A DNA stretch of 6,316 nucleotides from positions 1 to 6,316 of IMG/VR virus record IMGVR_UViG_3300045988_004900, one strand, 5' to 3'. Each line of letters begins with the position of its first letter. Within the stretch, counting starts at the first letter, position 1. Source of the DNA: a virus. Below are positions 4,828 to 6,316 of the stretch, piece by piece. Under the pieces are notes generated by a model. It ran no database searches and was not told where the DNA came from. It saw only the letters and a list, made by a program, of their open reading frames with translations. A program made the position numbers and the translations under genes.

Positions 4828-6316
4828 TTAGTAAGGTACACCATCACGAGACAAATTACGGGCAACATAGCAACCGATATAAGAATTAACCAATAATTGG
4901 TCAGTATCCCAAGAAGAATCAGCAGCAACACCAAAAATAGGGTCAAGAACAGAAGGGTTAACCTTGAAGAACCTATAATTCAAGACAACCTTATTGTTCT
5001 TATTAACATCGCCTTCACTATATCCAAATCCAAACCATCCAGAAAGGAGAGATTCGGTTACGGGAGAAACCCAAGACTTGAGGGTAGTGGTAAACGCACC
5101 ATTAATAACATCAAGTTTTGTCTTCCAATTGAAATAACGTGGATTATAACCAGCGTTAAACAAATTGACAATAGAGGCTTTTGGAGAATTGAAAATCTGC
5201 GTCATAGGAAGAACTTCCATACCGATATTGTCGAATTCCGGAATCGGGAGGGACTCAGCATCAGTTACAAGCAACTGACCATCCTGACCGGTAAGAGTGT
5301 AATCAAGCAAAGGAACGGCATGATAAAGACACATAACGACACTAGGCTCGTTAGTAGTATAAGTGAAAGAACCGTTACCAGCACCAACTCCTTTACCAGC
5401 AATAACAGCAGTATCACCTTCAGTAGCAAGGTTATTGTTCACAACCTCACTGATATCAAGGTTACGAGAAATGCCACCAATATAAGTACACATATTGGAA
5501 AGAGCCTGGGGAAGTTTCACGCCAAAATGTTTACGTATCTGTTCACGGTAGTCGCTATCACCGGACTGGCTGATTTCTTTCCAACGCTGTAGAGCTTCAG
5601 ATTGACGGAGAGCAAGAACTGTAAATTGAGATTGCAAAGTTGATAAATCAACACGAAGGGAAGAACCCGCAGGTACAGCATTAGAAGCAGAGGCTTGCAA
5701 AGCAAAGAAAGGAACTGGTGCAGAATTAGAAGTAATAGCAGAAGCAATACCAACTGTACTCTTTTTATCATCAGAACCTAAAACAACATCAGAAGTTCCG
5801 GAGTTGGAAATATCAACAACAGCAACATCGCCAAATTGGGAATTCGGAAGAACACCCATTAGCATATCCTTGTTCCAGTTACAATATTTGAGGTCAAACA
5901 TCGTGTCTGATTTCCAGTAAGCAGTGTTAGAATCCGGTAAAGAAGAAACCAAAGAAGGAGAACTTCCAGTGAAATAATCCACATTATAAGAAGAGGGATT
6001 AGACTTTTCCCACTGAGACCAACGGAAAAAATCTTGATAAATCTTCTGATAAGCCAAAAGAGGGAAAATATTTACATAATTGTTTTGAATATACAACTGA
6101 GTATAATTTGATGAGGAATCGTTTTTTTTCAATGAAGTAGACCACCAACGGCCACCTTCAGAAGGAGCAGTTGGAATGAAATTACCATAACCAAGATAAC
6201 TCAGCAATTTATAAGACAACTCAGCACGAGAAAACCCAAACATATTCTTTAAAGAATTAGCAAAGCCGGGATTCCAGCTGTTATTGTTCAAACGACTCAA
6301 AGCAGCTCCCAGCTGA
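4828..6316 (-). CDS. VP1: Major capsid protein VP1, C-terminal 477 codons plus the duplicated junction; full gene = join(4828..6261,1..417), 616 aa
   Basis: This is the 490-aa ORF in the track. Its listed M at 6298-6300 is actually a TTG, which is Leu in the full-length protein, and the frame stays open to the window end. The stop is TAA at 4828-4830. It contains FTVLALRQSEALQRWKE and a long beta-rich C-terminal body typical of microvirus capsids. It is the largest gene in the genome. Confidence 0.9.
   Translation of the reverse strand, partial: QLGAALSRLNNNSWNPGFANSLKNMFGFSRAELSYKLLSYLGYGNFIPTAPSEGGRWWSTSLKKNDSSSNYTQLYIQNNYVNIFPLLAYQKIYQDFFRWSQWEKSNPSSYNVDYFTGSSPSLVSSLPDSNTAYWKSDTMFDLKYCNWNKDMLMGVLPNSQFGDVAVVDISNSGTSDVVLGSDDKKSTVGIASAITSNSAPVPFFALQASASNAVPAGSSLRVDLSTLQSQFTVLALRQSEALQRWKEISQSGDSDYREQIRKHFGVKLPQALSNMCTYIGGISRNLDISEVVNNNLATEGDTAVIAGKGVGAGNGSFTYTTNEPSVVMCLYHAVPLLDYTLTGQDGQLLVTDAESLPIPEFDNIGMEVLPMTQIFNSPKASIVNLFNAGYNPRYFNWKTKLDVINGAFTTTLKSWVSPVTESLLSGWFGFGYSEGDVNKNNKVVLNYRFFKVNPSVLDPIFGVAADSSWDTDQLLVNSYIGCYVARNLSRDGVPY
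6262..6316. repeat. Terminal direct repeat, copy 2 (circular-assembly overlap)
   Basis: Identical to 1-55. Confidence 0.95.

Larger units (their letters stand above)
1..6261 (-). mobile_element. Complete unit-length circular ssDNA phage genome, family Microviridae (Alpavirinae-like architecture); all genes on the - strand
   Basis: An exact 55-nt terminal redundancy closes a 6261-nt circle. Gene content is the Microviridae core set (VP1 capsid, VP2 pilot, VP3 scaffold, VP4 Rep), all on one strand. The bookkeeping closes exactly: 5796 nt coding, minus 16 nt of overlaps, plus 481 nt non-coding, equals 6261. Subfamily assignment rests on genome size over 6 kb and the large VP1 and Rep, and is inference only. 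Confidence 0.85.

Noticed and set aside
4897-5592. 231-aa + strand ORF, together with the other + strand ORFs 556..792, 1678..2121, 3216..3407, 3404..4039 and 4543..4896
   Set aside because: All are antisense to VP1, VP2, VP3 or VP4, which have strong motif support. Their products are low-complexity (R/K/S/N/I-rich) and they have no start context or promoter. A single-strand coding layout is the rule for Microviridae.
1-6316. A defence, anti-defence, toxin-antitoxin or other multi-gene system, as hinted by the task
   Set aside because: Every base is accounted for by the four core microvirus genes, three small accessory genes and one non-coding block. No nuclease, ATPase, reverse transcriptase, integrase or methyltransferase signature is present. 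The only accessory module is the TM-peptide/M15 pair reported above.

Overview
The window is one complete, circularly permuted genome of a small ssDNA phage of the family Microviridae. Unit length is 6261 nt, and bases 1-55 recur exactly at 6262-6316, which is the overlap expected from an assembled circle. All seven supported genes lie on the - strand in one tightly packed unit. In order: a Bacteroidota-type promoter (about 2751-2783), a 65-aa unknown ORF, a 29-aa single-TM peptide, a 102-aa M15-family zinc peptidase, replication initiator VP4, major capsid VP1, scaffold VP3, pilot protein VP2, and an intrinsic terminator (3114-3150). VP1 crosses the window ends; its first 139 codons at 1-417 are missing from the ORF track. 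Gene junctions are ATGA, TAATG or gaps of 3-27 nt. 436 of the 481 non-coding nt sit in one block (2734-3169). That block looks more G+C-rich than the genes and contains a 102-nt nested imperfect hairpin (2829-2930) plus further unexplained sequence. Size, large VP1 (616 aa) and large Rep (567 aa), absence of Shine-Dalgarno motifs and a TTTG/TAnnTTTG promoter suggest an Alpavirinae-like phage of a Bacteroidota host; this is inference. I see no defence system, CRISPR array, tRNA or integrase. The items most worth follow-up are the TM-peptide/M15-peptidase mini lysis module and the structured non-coding block. All + strand ORFs in the track look like antisense shadows.
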